Of a stretch of 64,000 nt of DNA, positions 49,949 through 59,214 are shown one piece after another (positions within the stretch are counted from its first letter, which is position 1; every line of letters starts with the position of its first letter). Source of the stretch: Giardia intestinalis (taxonomy: Eukaryota). The stretch lies in the NCBI GenBank assembly GCA_000002435.2, contig CM018792.1, one strand, 5' to 3'. The notes below the pieces were generated by a model that searched no databases, had not been told where the DNA came from, and saw only the letters and a list, made by a program, of their open reading frames with translations. The translations under genes were made by a program, and so were the position numbers.

Positions 49949-52417
49949 CTATGAATACCATGAAGGCGGCAGAGTAAAGAGCATGCACTCTGTGGTACCT
50001 ATTCTAGTACGGTAGAAGTTTAGGGCTCGTTCGGCAGCAGCACTGTCGCCATAGAAAAGAGCGATTCCCTTCGGAGATTCCTGATACGTATCTGGTTGTG
50101 CAATGCTTCTCGATTCAACACTACGCTTGAGCTCTTGTATTCGAAGCTTTTTGAGGGAAACCACCGTACACGGATTTGGAAGGTTGTCTGGTATAAAGCA
50201 AGCTATACTCCTCTGCGCATCTGAAATATCAACAGATTCTGTACTAATCTCGCACTTTAGTGTGTAATTCATAAATTTGGTATCATTCACCGTGCTAGCA
50301 ACACGCGTTGCGTCTTCGTGGTTCGCACAGACTAGAAGCCAAAAGTTGTCATTTCCAAATCCCTTTGCACTAGAGCGAATAATGGGCCCCTTGCTGCGAG
50401 ACAGAACACAGTATTTATTCCATGCTAAAAGATCTAGAAGCTTAAGAGACGCGAGAAACGAGTTCAGATCTTTTGCCTGGGCTGTATTAGCACCTTTTAG
50501 TCGGATACATACGACCTCATTAGAGTGAGGCATAATGTATTCTCTCGAGGGTTGTCCATAGGTGTATCGAGACGGTCTACTCGTCGCAGATCCCTCTCCA
50601 GATGTATATGTTACAGTGCTTGGAGAGGTATTCCATGCTTGATGAGGCCTGTGCTTCCGATAAGCAGAGTTAGTGTTATAATAATGTGCGTCACCTTCTG
50701 GTCGCCCAGGGCCGCTGGCCGTTGTGCTGAGGTGATTACTATAGTTAGCGTAAGTGTTATGACTATGCCCGCCATAGCTGCCATATGATGGTCCATGCGC
50801 ATGGGGCTGATGAGATCCATGAGATAAGTATGGACTGTGCATGGAGTGGTCTATATCCTTGGGCACATGGATCACTCCATACCTTAGAAGTGCCAAAGCT
50901 TGGCTTTCTGTGAAGTGTACGCAATTGGAGAGATGCTTCGATTTGATAAGAAACTGATAGACGGCATCGTTTGGCTGTGTTGACGAATTGATGCTAATGT
51001 GGAATGGGTACATTATATTAACCGATGTCTGCAGAGACACGCGGTATGTGTCCTCCTTTTTTTCTTGTGCTGGCATATTGCTCACAAGATTGGTGACACT
51101 GCAGGGTATTGTTTCTATGGAAAATTTATTTAGAACTAATGGGAAAGCATTTGATTGACCTTCTTTATTGGCACGCTTTTGTTGAAATATATTGTGCAAG
51201 CTTTGAGTAAGATCGGGAGCCATTATATTCAGGAATACAGTGGCTCTCGGTGTCATCGGCCACATGGATACTTGCATGGGTGGGACATACTGGGTAAAGC
51301 CTTTAGTAAGAGATGGATTGTCAAAGAAGTTAATCAAGTAACTAGGAGACTGGGACACGACAGGCGCCTGAGTAGCAAGCTGGGTTTTGGGAGGATGCGC
51401 CACAGCAAACTGGTCGGAAAAGTAGGCTAGCCCCCGATCTAGTTCGCTAATTGATTCAAATAGCAAAAACGATAAGCCATGCAAGGAGTGCCTTATCCGC
51501 TGTACCTTCAAGTCAGGGCAGTGTTGAGACAAATATTCTTGAGTTACATATCTGTCTGCTTCCACTCTAAGAATTAGAGGGCTGTCCATTGTCTCAAAGT
51601 TGGGTATAGTTAGAGTATGGGACATATAAAAGTACAGATACCTCTCGAATGAATCCCTGTACTTGGACAAAAGAATTTTGAGGAGCTCTATGGTTCCGTC
51701 GACTGTTTTTAGCGTTATTCCTGTTTGTGATCGTGTCATGCTACTAGATGACTGGACCAGGGAGCTCTGGTGACTAAGTAGTGGGCTCTGCTTGAGCGTA
51801 GGCTCAATTCCAACGTCTCCAGACACGCTGCTGTGGTCCTTCTTCACACGCTTTTCATGTTGCTTCGCTGTCATGACTGAAAAATTAATGGTCGTCTCAA
51901 TTGCGCTCACAGTGTGCAAAGTTGGAGACGTGGTAAGTGCAGTGAGCTGAGTATTTAGGGGATGCGAAAAGCTACTTAGAAGAGCAGACTTTGCTATATT
52001 CATTACGACAGCTGTTGAAAGAAAAAGAACAGGAAACTTGTAGAGTGGCGACTTGGACAGGGAGACCTCGGTGATAAGGGCGTGATAGGTATCGATATTG
52101 GAGGCGAGCAACAAGGGCTTTTGGCGAAGTATCCGCATACTGGCATCTGCATTGGTGTAGGCGTTGGGGATAGCCGTGTAGATAAAGTCTGCATAATCAA
52201 TATACTTAGAAATGAGCTCGTTTGTCAGCGAGAGAGAGCGAAGCTCTTCGTCTGTAATTCTACAGCGAGGGCGCGTCCGCTGGTGTTCTTGGACCGACTG
52301 CTCCGATGAGCCTTCACTATACGTTACCCGGCACACTCTAAGGACTCTATTATTAAGATCCACTGATGATAATCGATCCATGTTCAAAAAGGAAAGCTCT
52401 AGAACAATGAAGCTCAT
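49949..52417 (-). CDS. hypothetical protein (822 aa), His/Tyr/Ser-rich low-complexity middle
   Basis: Long ORF in an AT-rich coding context. The low-complexity segment reads HSPYLSHGSHQPHAHGPSYGSYGGHSHNTYANYSNH. No confident domain. Confidence 0.5.
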   Translation of the reverse strand: MSFIVLELSFLNMDRLSSVDLNNRVLRVCRVTYSEGSSEQSVQEHQRTRPRCRITDEELRSLSLTNELISKYIDYADFIYTAIPNAYTNADASMRILRQKPLLLASNIDTYHALITEVSLSKSPLYKFPVLFLSTAVVMNIAKSALLSSFSHPLNTQLTALTTSPTLHTVSAIETTINFSVMTAKQHEKRVKKDHSSVSGDVGIEPTLKQSPLLSHQSSLVQSSSSMTRSQTGITLKTVDGTIELLKILLSKYRDSFERYLYFYMSHTLTIPNFETMDSPLILRVEADRYVTQEYLSQHCPDLKVQRIRHSLHGLSFLLFESISELDRGLAYFSDQFAVAHPPKTQLATQAPVVSQSPSYLINFFDNPSLTKGFTQYVPPMQVSMWPMTPRATVFLNIMAPDLTQSLHNIFQQKRANKEGQSNAFPLVLNKFSIETIPCSVTNLVSNMPAQEKKEDTYRVSLQTSVNIMYPFHISINSSTQPNDAVYQFLIKSKHLSNCVHFTESQALALLRYGVIHVPKDIDHSMHSPYLSHGSHQPHAHGPSYGSYGGHSHNTYANYSNHLSTTASGPGRPEGDAHYYNTNSAYRKHRPHQAWNTSPSTVTYTSGEGSATSRPSRYTYGQPSREYIMPHSNEVVCIRLKGANTAQAKDLNSFLASLKLLDLLAWNKYCVLSRSKGPIIRSSAKGFGNDNFWLLVCANHEDATRVASTVNDTKFMNYTLKCEISTESVDISDAQRSIACFIPDNLPNPCTVVSLKKLRIQELKRSVESRSIAQPDTYQESPKGIALFYGDSAAAERALNFYRTRIGTTECMLFTLPPSWYS

Positions 52418-52590
52418 TTAATTTTAAACACCCATTCAGACTTTTCTCAAACGAAGTCCTAATATCAAGAGACTCAGCACTGCACATGAGATCTGTTACC
52501 GGGTGCATGCTGGTGAGGGATAGCCCTATTGCTCATAGACAGACTGGCTAGCTCTTGGCTTTCCTATAGACTTTTCAAAAAATAATTGCA

Positions 52591-54006
52591 TTGTTGGCCG
52601 CCATGAACGCTCACACCGATTTCAAGCCTCCAATTTTGGACGGATCCGGAGTAAGTAATCCCTTTACATGTATCATATGTAGACTCAAATTCAATACTTT
52701 TGAAGATCAGCGGCTGCACTTCAAAACACGATTCCATGCAGAGAATTCCCACCGCAAAGCCAAGGGCCTCCCCCCGCTGACAAACGAAGAGTATATGGAG
52801 CTATTAGAACAGCGGAGTGCAGCTACGCCGCAGCCAGTCAAGAAGGTCAAATATATCTGCGAGCCCTGCGGAAAGTTGTTTTCATCGCAAAATGCCTACA
52901 AGCAGCATGAGCAGTCCACAAAGCACCGAGAAATGGTTATGAAGTTGTGTAGAGAAGGACCTCTACGGAAACCTGTCCTAGGAACTGATGCACAGCTTGG
53001 CGACGCAGTTGATGATGGAAACGTGCGAATAAATTTAGAGATGGCCATACAAGAAATCGTCGATTCCATTCCAACGCTTCCAGCCTTTATCGGAGATGAC
53101 GAGGCCGATAAGTGGGAAAAAATTCAGAAGGCACTTCTCGCTGCTAAATCGGAGGATCAACGCGACGACATCATCTGGGAGAGCATTATTTCCAAACGCC
53201 CCGTTCGACCCGACAATGAATGTTTGTTCTGTGACCATACAGTGGACCAAGCTAAAGATGACTGGTTTACGGAGTTACTGAAGCACATGGAAATACACGG
53301 ATTTATCATCCTGCGAGCCAATTATTGTACAGATCCACAAGGCCTGGTCAACTATATGAGAAAGGAAATATCCCTTACTTGGAGCTGCCTGTTATGCGAG
53401 AGGGGATTCAGATCTGTCGACGCTGTTAAGGGGCACATGCGTGCTGCAGACCATTGTATGTATGAACTTAATGATCAAGCATACGAGTTCTTAGGCTATT
53501 ATGATCATTCTCCAAGCTATCCGGATGGATTCATAGAAGAGGTTCATACTATTGCAGAGACGCCAGAGGAGCTAGAAAGCATGCTGTCTGAGATACGGAG
53601 GACTATGTGGTCTTCATCGCTACCCATTATTGGTCGCACGACTGCTGCTGGGCGCGTTGTATCAGTCAAAGACTACGAGAAAAACTATGCGCCCCAAGTT
53701 CCTGACTGGGCGGTGGAGAAGTATCAGCGTGCACAGATGCTCAAGACCCTACCCTACTATGAACGCGAGATACTAATGCGCAATTTAACAGAGGCACAGA
53801 GGGAAACTGCGTTAGAAAAGGCTCGTGCAGAGGCTGGCCAGCGCATCCAGTCCTGGCTCAAGTCTAAATGGATGGTCGTTAAGGGGCAAATCCTAGGTCC
53901 CTTAGCACGCTATGACCCGCGTGTGCAGGCTCGAGATGCAATGAGTGCAGGTATCAACCATTATAAGAAGTTCTTCAAACGTTCAACCTTGCATATATAC
54001 AACTAG
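52591..54006 (+). CDS. C2H2 zinc-finger protein, REI1/ZNF622-like (pre-60S cytoplasmic maturation factor candidate)
   Basis: The N-terminal FTCIICRLKFNTFEDQRLHFKTRFHAENSHRKAKGLPPLTNEEY resembles the REI1/ZNF622 first finger (C-x2-C...H-x3-H followed by ...LPP..). Three further U1-like C2H2 fingers follow (YICEPCGKLF...HEQSTKH, CLFCDHTV...LLKHMEIH, WSCLLCERGF...HMRAADH). Confidence 0.55.
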   Translation: MLAAMNAHTDFKPPILDGSGVSNPFTCIICRLKFNTFEDQRLHFKTRFHAENSHRKAKGLPPLTNEEYMELLEQRSAATPQPVKKVKYICEPCGKLFSSQNAYKQHEQSTKHREMVMKLCREGPLRKPVLGTDAQLGDAVDDGNVRINLEMAIQEIVDSIPTLPAFIGDDEADKWEKIQKALLAAKSEDQRDDIIWESIISKRPVRPDNECLFCDHTVDQAKDDWFTELLKHMEIHGFIILRANYCTDPQGLVNYMRKEISLTWSCLLCERGFRSVDAVKGHMRAADHCMYELNDQAYEFLGYYDHSPSYPDGFIEEVHTIAETPEELESMLSEIRRTMWSSSLPIIGRTTAAGRVVSVKDYEKNYAPQVPDWAVEKYQRAQMLKTLPYYEREILMRNLTEAQRETALEKARAEAGQRIQSWLKSKWMVVKGQILGPLARYDPRVQARDAMSAGINHYKKFFKRSTLHIYN

Positions 54007-54012
54007 CTAGCG

Positions 54013-55062
54013 TTACTCCGCTTGTTTCCTATCTCTAAAATAGAAGTAAATGGTCTCTTCTGTCAGAAATACGAGGAAGGTGGCCGTTTCTGCCATGCCT
54101 ATGATCATCCCGTCAGTTCGAAACTCACTGACACGCTCCTTACTACCTTGCTGCTGTGTGGTTACCTCGTTAGAGACTGCCGCGATGGTAATTCGTTCAG
54201 TGCCTGTCGTCCCTCTGGAGTCCAATACATAGAGCGGTTCGTATTTGCTCACCTTACACCATGTGGAAACAGACGCTCCTGTCTTATCTACTGCGCAAAC
54301 TTGGCGCGTATTCAGACCTAAAAGGAATATTCCCGAGTGAGAAAATCGCGAGCAAAGGACCCGCGCGCCGTTCAACGGCAGCCGTGCGAAGGACTTAAAC
54401 ATCACGCTAACAGAGGTATCCTGTTGATAGACGACATCATAAGCAATGAGAGACTGCCTACAAACTAGGTATAGATTGCTACCAGAAAATACACCTGAAA
54501 CAGGAACATCGACATCAATACAGGTCTCAAATAGCAGCGTGGCCTTTTCTACGTCAAAGATAAATAGGTGCGATGCACTCGTGCATAGAACGCCAAGGAG
54601 TTTTCGACCCTTGACAATCCCCGACAGAAAGGCTTTTGCCCCATAACATTCTGTTTGATGGAGCATCGCCAAATAAAGCATTGAGTCTGCCAGTTCTGCA
54701 AGATACACAGCTCCACCAAGCGTGGCTAAGGCAACGTGCTTCTTTGGTGCGTCTGGAAGAGCATGTAGGACGATGATGAGGTCGGAATCTGTAATGGCTT
54801 CCCTTTGGTCTAGAAAAATGAGTTGGAGAGGTTCTATGGCGGTACCAGGGGTTTCTTCCTGCTTTTGAGAGTCTAACTCCTTAATCATGTACACGCTGCA
54901 GCCGTCTGAATACAAAAGAGTGTCCTGGAGGGCAGTACAAAGAGTACATCCACGAATGAAAGTGATGGGCCGAGAAAACCCAGTAGGGCATACAACACCA
55001 TTAAAGTCCATGACTAATTTACCCAAAATTTTAAAGGCTAAAAGCCTTGACATGGGACGCAC
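54013..55062 (-). CDS. hypothetical protein (349 aa)
   Basis: ORF only. Start is uncertain (MRPMSRL / MSRLLAF / MDFNGVV). Confidence 0.4.
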   Translation of the reverse strand: MRPMSRLLAFKILGKLVMDFNGVVCPTGFSRPITFIRGCTLCTALQDTLLYSDGCSVYMIKELDSQKQEETPGTAIEPLQLIFLDQREAITDSDLIIVLHALPDAPKKHVALATLGGAVYLAELADSMLYLAMLHQTECYGAKAFLSGIVKGRKLLGVLCTSASHLFIFDVEKATLLFETCIDVDVPVSGVFSGSNLYLVCRQSLIAYDVVYQQDTSVSVMFKSFARLPLNGARVLCSRFSHSGIFLLGLNTRQVCAVDKTGASVSTWCKVSKYEPLYVLDSRGTTGTERITIAAVSNEVTTQQQGSKERVSEFRTDGMIIGMAETATFLVFLTEETIYFYFRDRKQAE

Positions 55063-56126
55063 TCCCTTCCGGTGACACAGTTGAGGGGTGCAGTGCCGGC
55101 TGGCGTTGCGCCGAGATTAATGTGTGTGAATGTTCCGATAGTGACACTCTTATTTAAAAGATCTGCCTCCCTTTCAATCAAATTAGGCTTGGTTGCAGTG
55201 ATAGGCGCAGTTTTATCATGAGGCCGTAGATTTGATTTATAATCCGAGTATGCAGTGGGATGGTTACTGGGATGTTGAGGATATACTGTCCTAGATTTAA
55301 TTTGGGTCGAGGTAGGATTGAGGTAGTCTATCTGATCTGCAGTTGCAGCCCGTGTGCGAGCAAGGTTGCTATGTGGGCGAGCATAATAGTCACTATACAT
55401 ATGGTTAATGTTGCGGGAAACAGGGCGCCGCTCATTGTTCATCGGTACGTCCTCCTTCATCCTGGGTCGGTGGTCAGAGTAAGCCAGAGATGGCCTCCAA
55501 CGACAGTTGGACTCTGGCAGGTGCTCCAGTCTTGTCTGCTCGCGGCGCATCTCACATAGCTCTTGCTTGTTCGGAACATACCTAACGTGTGTTGTGGCCC
55601 CCCACCCGGTCATGTCTGGGTGACACATGCGATAGTTAGAAGCACGGAACCTTTGCCCGGCCTGCGACGTTCGAGGAAACGTTGCTGTGAGATCTGGATA
55701 TGGATTCGGCCGAGAAGTCACAGTTTGTGCCCGCTCTATAGCACGCTGACTCCCAATAACCGTCGGCACCGGGTCTCCTCTCTCTGCTGCATCTAAAAGA
55801 GGGTTAATATGGGTGTAAGAATTCGACATGGGAAGCTGCTCTGGTGGCGGATGAAATGATGTAGGTCGGATCATGTAGGAGCGGGGAATAGTCCTTCTGC
55901 TAACATCTTCCATGCTTATGCCCACATTATCAGTTACCGGCTCACACTGCAGTGGCGGGCACGGACTCATTGTCTGTTGATTCCACTGCGGCACATTATC
56001 CGCTGCGTCAAACGAGCCGCATCCACACACCCCGTGAAAGGGATATGGGCACCCGGGTGCATGCCTAGGCTCAACACAATCCATACAGCCACGCGCATTA
56101 GCACAGCACAAAGACCCCGCTTGCAT
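55038..56126 (-). CDS. H-x3-C-x7-C-x-C family protein A (362 aa), tandem paralog cluster
   Basis: N-terminal ...RHAPGCPYPFHGVCGCGSFDAADNVP shares the motif found in the neighbouring ORFs. Pro/His/Tyr-rich. Confidence 0.5.
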   Translation of the reverse strand: MQAGSLCCANARGCMDCVEPRHAPGCPYPFHGVCGCGSFDAADNVPQWNQQTMSPCPPLQCEPVTDNVGISMEDVSRRTIPRSYMIRPTSFHPPPEQLPMSNSYTHINPLLDAAERGDPVPTVIGSQRAIERAQTVTSRPNPYPDLTATFPRTSQAGQRFRASNYRMCHPDMTGWGATTHVRYVPNKQELCEMRREQTRLEHLPESNCRWRPSLAYSDHRPRMKEDVPMNNERRPVSRNINHMYSDYYARPHSNLARTRAATADQIDYLNPTSTQIKSRTVYPQHPSNHPTAYSDYKSNLRPHDKTAPITATKPNLIEREADLLNKSVTIGTFTHINLGATPAGTAPLNCVTGRECVPCQGF

Positions 56127-56239
56127 TTTTTTCTACAGCATTCCGCGCATGCACTCCCAAGAAAGGTTATAAGCGCACACATAGACAGCCCCAGTTTACA
56201 GTCAAGTGGCAATGCCTCCACAATCGATACCCGAAGAGC

Positions 56240-56959
56240 TTATTCTTTTGCAATACGCTTTATCAACTCTTCCTTTAGATATCGAGCATCTGCGGGATCA
56301 CCGCACTCATAACAAGTAACACCATCTTCCCACTTTGTCGATACAGCGTACTTCTGGATGACGGGTTGAGGCTTGTTGTATGGGCAAAGAGAGAACCCGT
56401 CATCGAATGGCTCAAAGAGCTGATCCTTCTTAGGGGTCACGTCCAGAGTTGTTCGGCCACGTGTCCCAGGAACTTCCTCATTCAGTCTGAAGTTTGATAT
56501 TCGTCCAGGCCAGTGACAAAGGCGAGCTGCTGGAGCAACCGTGGTATGGAGATCCTCGCGTCTATACACGGTTGAGGCAGGTCTTTGATACGCTTCGTGG
56601 CTCTGAATACAACAGATCTTTGTTGGGATAGTGTAGGGGTCTCCACGCAACAACCCCACGCACCCCATGGAGTCTGGTCCAAACGCATGTGTCTCGCAGT
56701 TCTCGCCAGGAATGGGATATTTAAAGTACCTATCTGGACCGATACTATCGCAATGTGGAGGTACTGATGTATGTGCTAGCAGGGGCCTGACCGGTCTGGA
56801 GAAGCTCTTGCAGTCGACAGGTCCAGGCTTCCTCCACCCAGGTGGGCACTCAACATCAGCAGCGCATGTACATACACCTGCGGTATATACTGGGCAGTCT
56901 GATGCATGCTGTGGTCGTTCAGAATAGGTGCTTCTGATGTATTCTGTCGCTTGTCTCAT
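56240..56959 (-). CDS. H-x3-C-x7-C-x-C family protein B (239 aa)
   Basis: N-terminal QHASDCPVYTAGVCTCAADVECPPGW, and a middle block LLRGDPYTIPTKICCIQSHEAYQRP. The latter is paralogous to C (LYGRDPYADLPCVMRTYQGERV). The C-terminal SLCPYNKPQPVIQKY is paralogous to D (VMCPYLYETYKYAL). Confidence 0.55.
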   Translation of the reverse strand: MRQATEYIRSTYSERPQHASDCPVYTAGVCTCAADVECPPGWRKPGPVDCKSFSRPVRPLLAHTSVPPHCDSIGPDRYFKYPIPGENCETHAFGPDSMGCVGLLRGDPYTIPTKICCIQSHEAYQRPASTVYRREDLHTTVAPAARLCHWPGRISNFRLNEEVPGTRGRTTLDVTPKKDQLFEPFDDGFSLCPYNKPQPVIQKYAVSTKWEDGVTCYECGDPADARYLKEELIKRIAKE

Positions 56960-57004
56960 TTTTAATTGGCGCGCTTACAGACTCAACAACGTTTACTGAC
57001 TCAC

Positions 57005-57580
57005 TCACAAATGATAGCGAACGCGAACTGGCGCATAACTGCTTGTAGGACGCAGCTTGTCAGATAGGATCGCTGCCGGAACTAATCCTCTGGTTAATGT
57101 TGCAATCTTTCTATTAGCCATATCGTTTAAGGCGTACTTATACGTTTCATACAAATAAGGGCACATAACATTATCTCTATCAAGCGCAAGCTTAAACACC
57201 TGAGTGGGGACCCTGCTGCGTGAAGACGAAGAATGCAACACACGGGTGTAGCCAGCCTGGTAAGAGGGATCAGACTCAGTCAGCAAAGATTCCGGGAGAT
57301 ACTGGTTGTAGTTGTCAATACAAGAATTGCTCCCTTCTTGTAGGTCAATGCCATGTCTGTGCGATGCAAGGTTGGGTTTGCCTGTAATAGGCCCTGTCCA
57401 GTCGACACCAATCACATTAGAAGGTCGCTGAGTTCCATATGCTGTCAATTCTTGAGTGCTTGAAGTACGCACAGGGTCGTTAGTGCCAAGCGGATGAACA
57501 CACGAACAACTTTTCATTTTACTCCTATCACTCACCCCTGTTTCAAGCTTCCTTTGGGCCTCCAAATGGCCAAAACCCAT
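57005..57580 (-). CDS. H-x3-C-x7-C-x-C family protein D (191 aa); possibly the 3' half of C after a frameshift
   Basis: Contains KMKSCSCVHPLG and a MCPYLYETYKYAL block matching the C-terminal part of B. It overlaps the 3' end of C by 38 nt in another frame. Confidence 0.4.
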   Translation of the reverse strand: MGFGHLEAQRKLETGVSDRSKMKSCSCVHPLGTNDPVRTSSTQELTAYGTQRPSNVIGVDWTGPITGKPNLASHRHGIDLQEGSNSCIDNYNQYLPESLLTESDPSYQAGYTRVLHSSSSRSRVPTQVFKLALDRDNVMCPYLYETYKYALNDMANRKIATLTRGLVPAAILSDKLRPTSSYAPVRVRYHL

Positions 57581-58196
57581 TTTGGACTCCGTTGCGGCCG
57601 CTAACTCCTGCTGGCTTAAAGAATGTGCCGCAGAAGGAGTTCTCCTTTTGCAAAATCTCGAGGTATTCCTTTGTATAATCTCTTGGCTCCCTCAGCTCGA
57701 AGGAATTTCGAAAGCCCCAGCCATATGGCGGTTCCCTCTGCGGGATCTTGTGTGGGACGATTACCCTTTCTCCTTGATAGGTCCTCATAACGCAAGGTAG
57801 GTCAGCATATGGATCTCTTCCGTAGAGCTCTTTTGGGCGATGACGAGTCATCCGAGCTTTGCATTGAGCTCTCTCTTGCTCTGATATGCGGAGCATGTTA
57901 CACCAACATTGCGGATCATCAGTCCACGCTCGATCACACAAGTGAGGGGAATGGCCCGTATCTCTTTGATGTGTAGATAAGCTAGAAGAGTAACGAGGCT
58001 CTAATCCCATGGGATCACGCCACATCTGCTCTCTGTCGAACATGTATGCCAAGTTCCGCGTCTGTGGAGGCAGATTGGTAGTAGGCATCTTATTTCCAAT
58101 ACCACAGGTGCAATCTTCGTTTTTATAGTACAGGCAGTCCCGTGCGTGCATAGATAGGTGACGGATCTTCGATCTGTTATACGCGGCAGTGCTCAT
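57543..58196 (-). CDS. H-x3-C-x7-C-x-C family protein C (217 aa)
   Basis: N-terminal HLSMHARDCLYYKNEDCTCGIGNKMP. An AT-rich promoter (taatttatatagaagcctaattttattagtaaatgcagcaaaaag) lies directly upstream. Confidence 0.5.
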   Translation of the reverse strand: MSTAAYNRSKIRHLSMHARDCLYYKNEDCTCGIGNKMPTTNLPPQTRNLAYMFDREQMWRDPMGLEPRYSSSLSTHQRDTGHSPHLCDRAWTDDPQCWCNMLRISEQERAQCKARMTRHRPKELYGRDPYADLPCVMRTYQGERVIVPHKIPQREPPYGWGFRNSFELREPRDYTKEYLEILQKENSFCGTFFKPAGVSGRNGVQNGFWPFGGPKEA

Positions 58197-58260
58197 TCAG
58201 GTCTCCGGTAATCTGTATCTTTTTGCTGCATTTACTAATAAAATTAGGCTTCTATATAAA
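58197..58260 (-). promoter_or_regulatory. AT-rich Giardia-type core promoter/initiator region for family gene C
   Basis: A 64-bp intergenic stretch of >75% AT between the stop of E and the ATG of C. It is typical of Giardia short AT-rich promoters. Confidence 0.4.
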
Positions 58261-58929
58261 TTACATCTCACGGACTACATCCCCAATGGGGCAATGTGCC
58301 CTACGGAATCCGCCATCACGCTCTGGATGCGGCGACATGCTATATCCATAGACTATCTGATTTTTAGTATCAGCATAGAATGCCTGATAGCCTTTTCGCT
58401 CAACACTTGATGGAGTCTGACTTACTGGTGAAGAGCTCAAGCCCACTGTGGCCCTACTAGGCTCTGGGTTAGATTGAGATCTCCTTGCCACCAGCGCTCG
58501 TATGGGCGGCAATTGAACATCAGGTTTGACTCTAGAGTAGCCCGCATCCAACTGTTCAAAGATGCTATGTTTCTGCAACGACCTTACTGGTTTTCCAGGA
58601 TTGGTGCATACGTTGATTAGCTTGGCGTTGGGAGTTTTATTATGTTCTAGGGATTTTAAGGACATTGAGGCAGAGTTAGAACGACATAGTCGTGGAAGCT
58701 CAAAAGTGTCGTTGAGGGGCGAGCAACTTGGCGCATTTCGCTGATTGGAATAACTTCGAGATGGGATTGTTGTGGTATCTTGACCGGCGCTGTTCTTGAC
58801 AGGCTGTGGAGCAATCTTAGCTTGTACACTCTGGTTTGTAGTATGGCGCAGAGCCCGAAGAACAGGATCAGCTGGCGTCTGTGTGATAAGCTTCATAGCA
58901 CCATTATTGCACCCGCTTACAACACGCAT
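58261..58929 (-). CDS. hypothetical Ser/Pro-rich protein E (222 aa), last member of the tandem cluster
   Basis: Ends ...YGYSMSPHPERDGGFRRAHCPIGDVVREM. The C-terminal RAHCP echoes the HxxxC start of the family motif. Confidence 0.4.
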   Translation of the reverse strand: MRVVSGCNNGAMKLITQTPADPVLRALRHTTNQSVQAKIAPQPVKNSAGQDTTTIPSRSYSNQRNAPSCSPLNDTFELPRLCRSNSASMSLKSLEHNKTPNAKLINVCTNPGKPVRSLQKHSIFEQLDAGYSRVKPDVQLPPIRALVARRSQSNPEPSRATVGLSSSPVSQTPSSVERKGYQAFYADTKNQIVYGYSMSPHPERDGGFRRAHCPIGDVVREM

Positions 58930-59214
58930 TTTTATTAATCTTTAGGCGTTGCTTTTGAAAGAAGTCGTAATGGCGCCTCCTTATGTAAAGTATATCTAAG
59001 TGTATTATGCATTAAACAGAGTCAGTCGATGAAGTTAGTTATTAGGGCAGTAAGCGTTTCCTCTTTATTACTGTCAATTAAAAGCTCCATTTCTCGTTCT
59101 AGTGCAAGGCTTTGTTGTCGCTATGCTGTTATTTAAGGCACTTTGCAATCTATTAAACATTGTGATTAACCAACAACCCATAGGATCTTCCTACAACTTG
59201 TGGAAGAATTAAGT

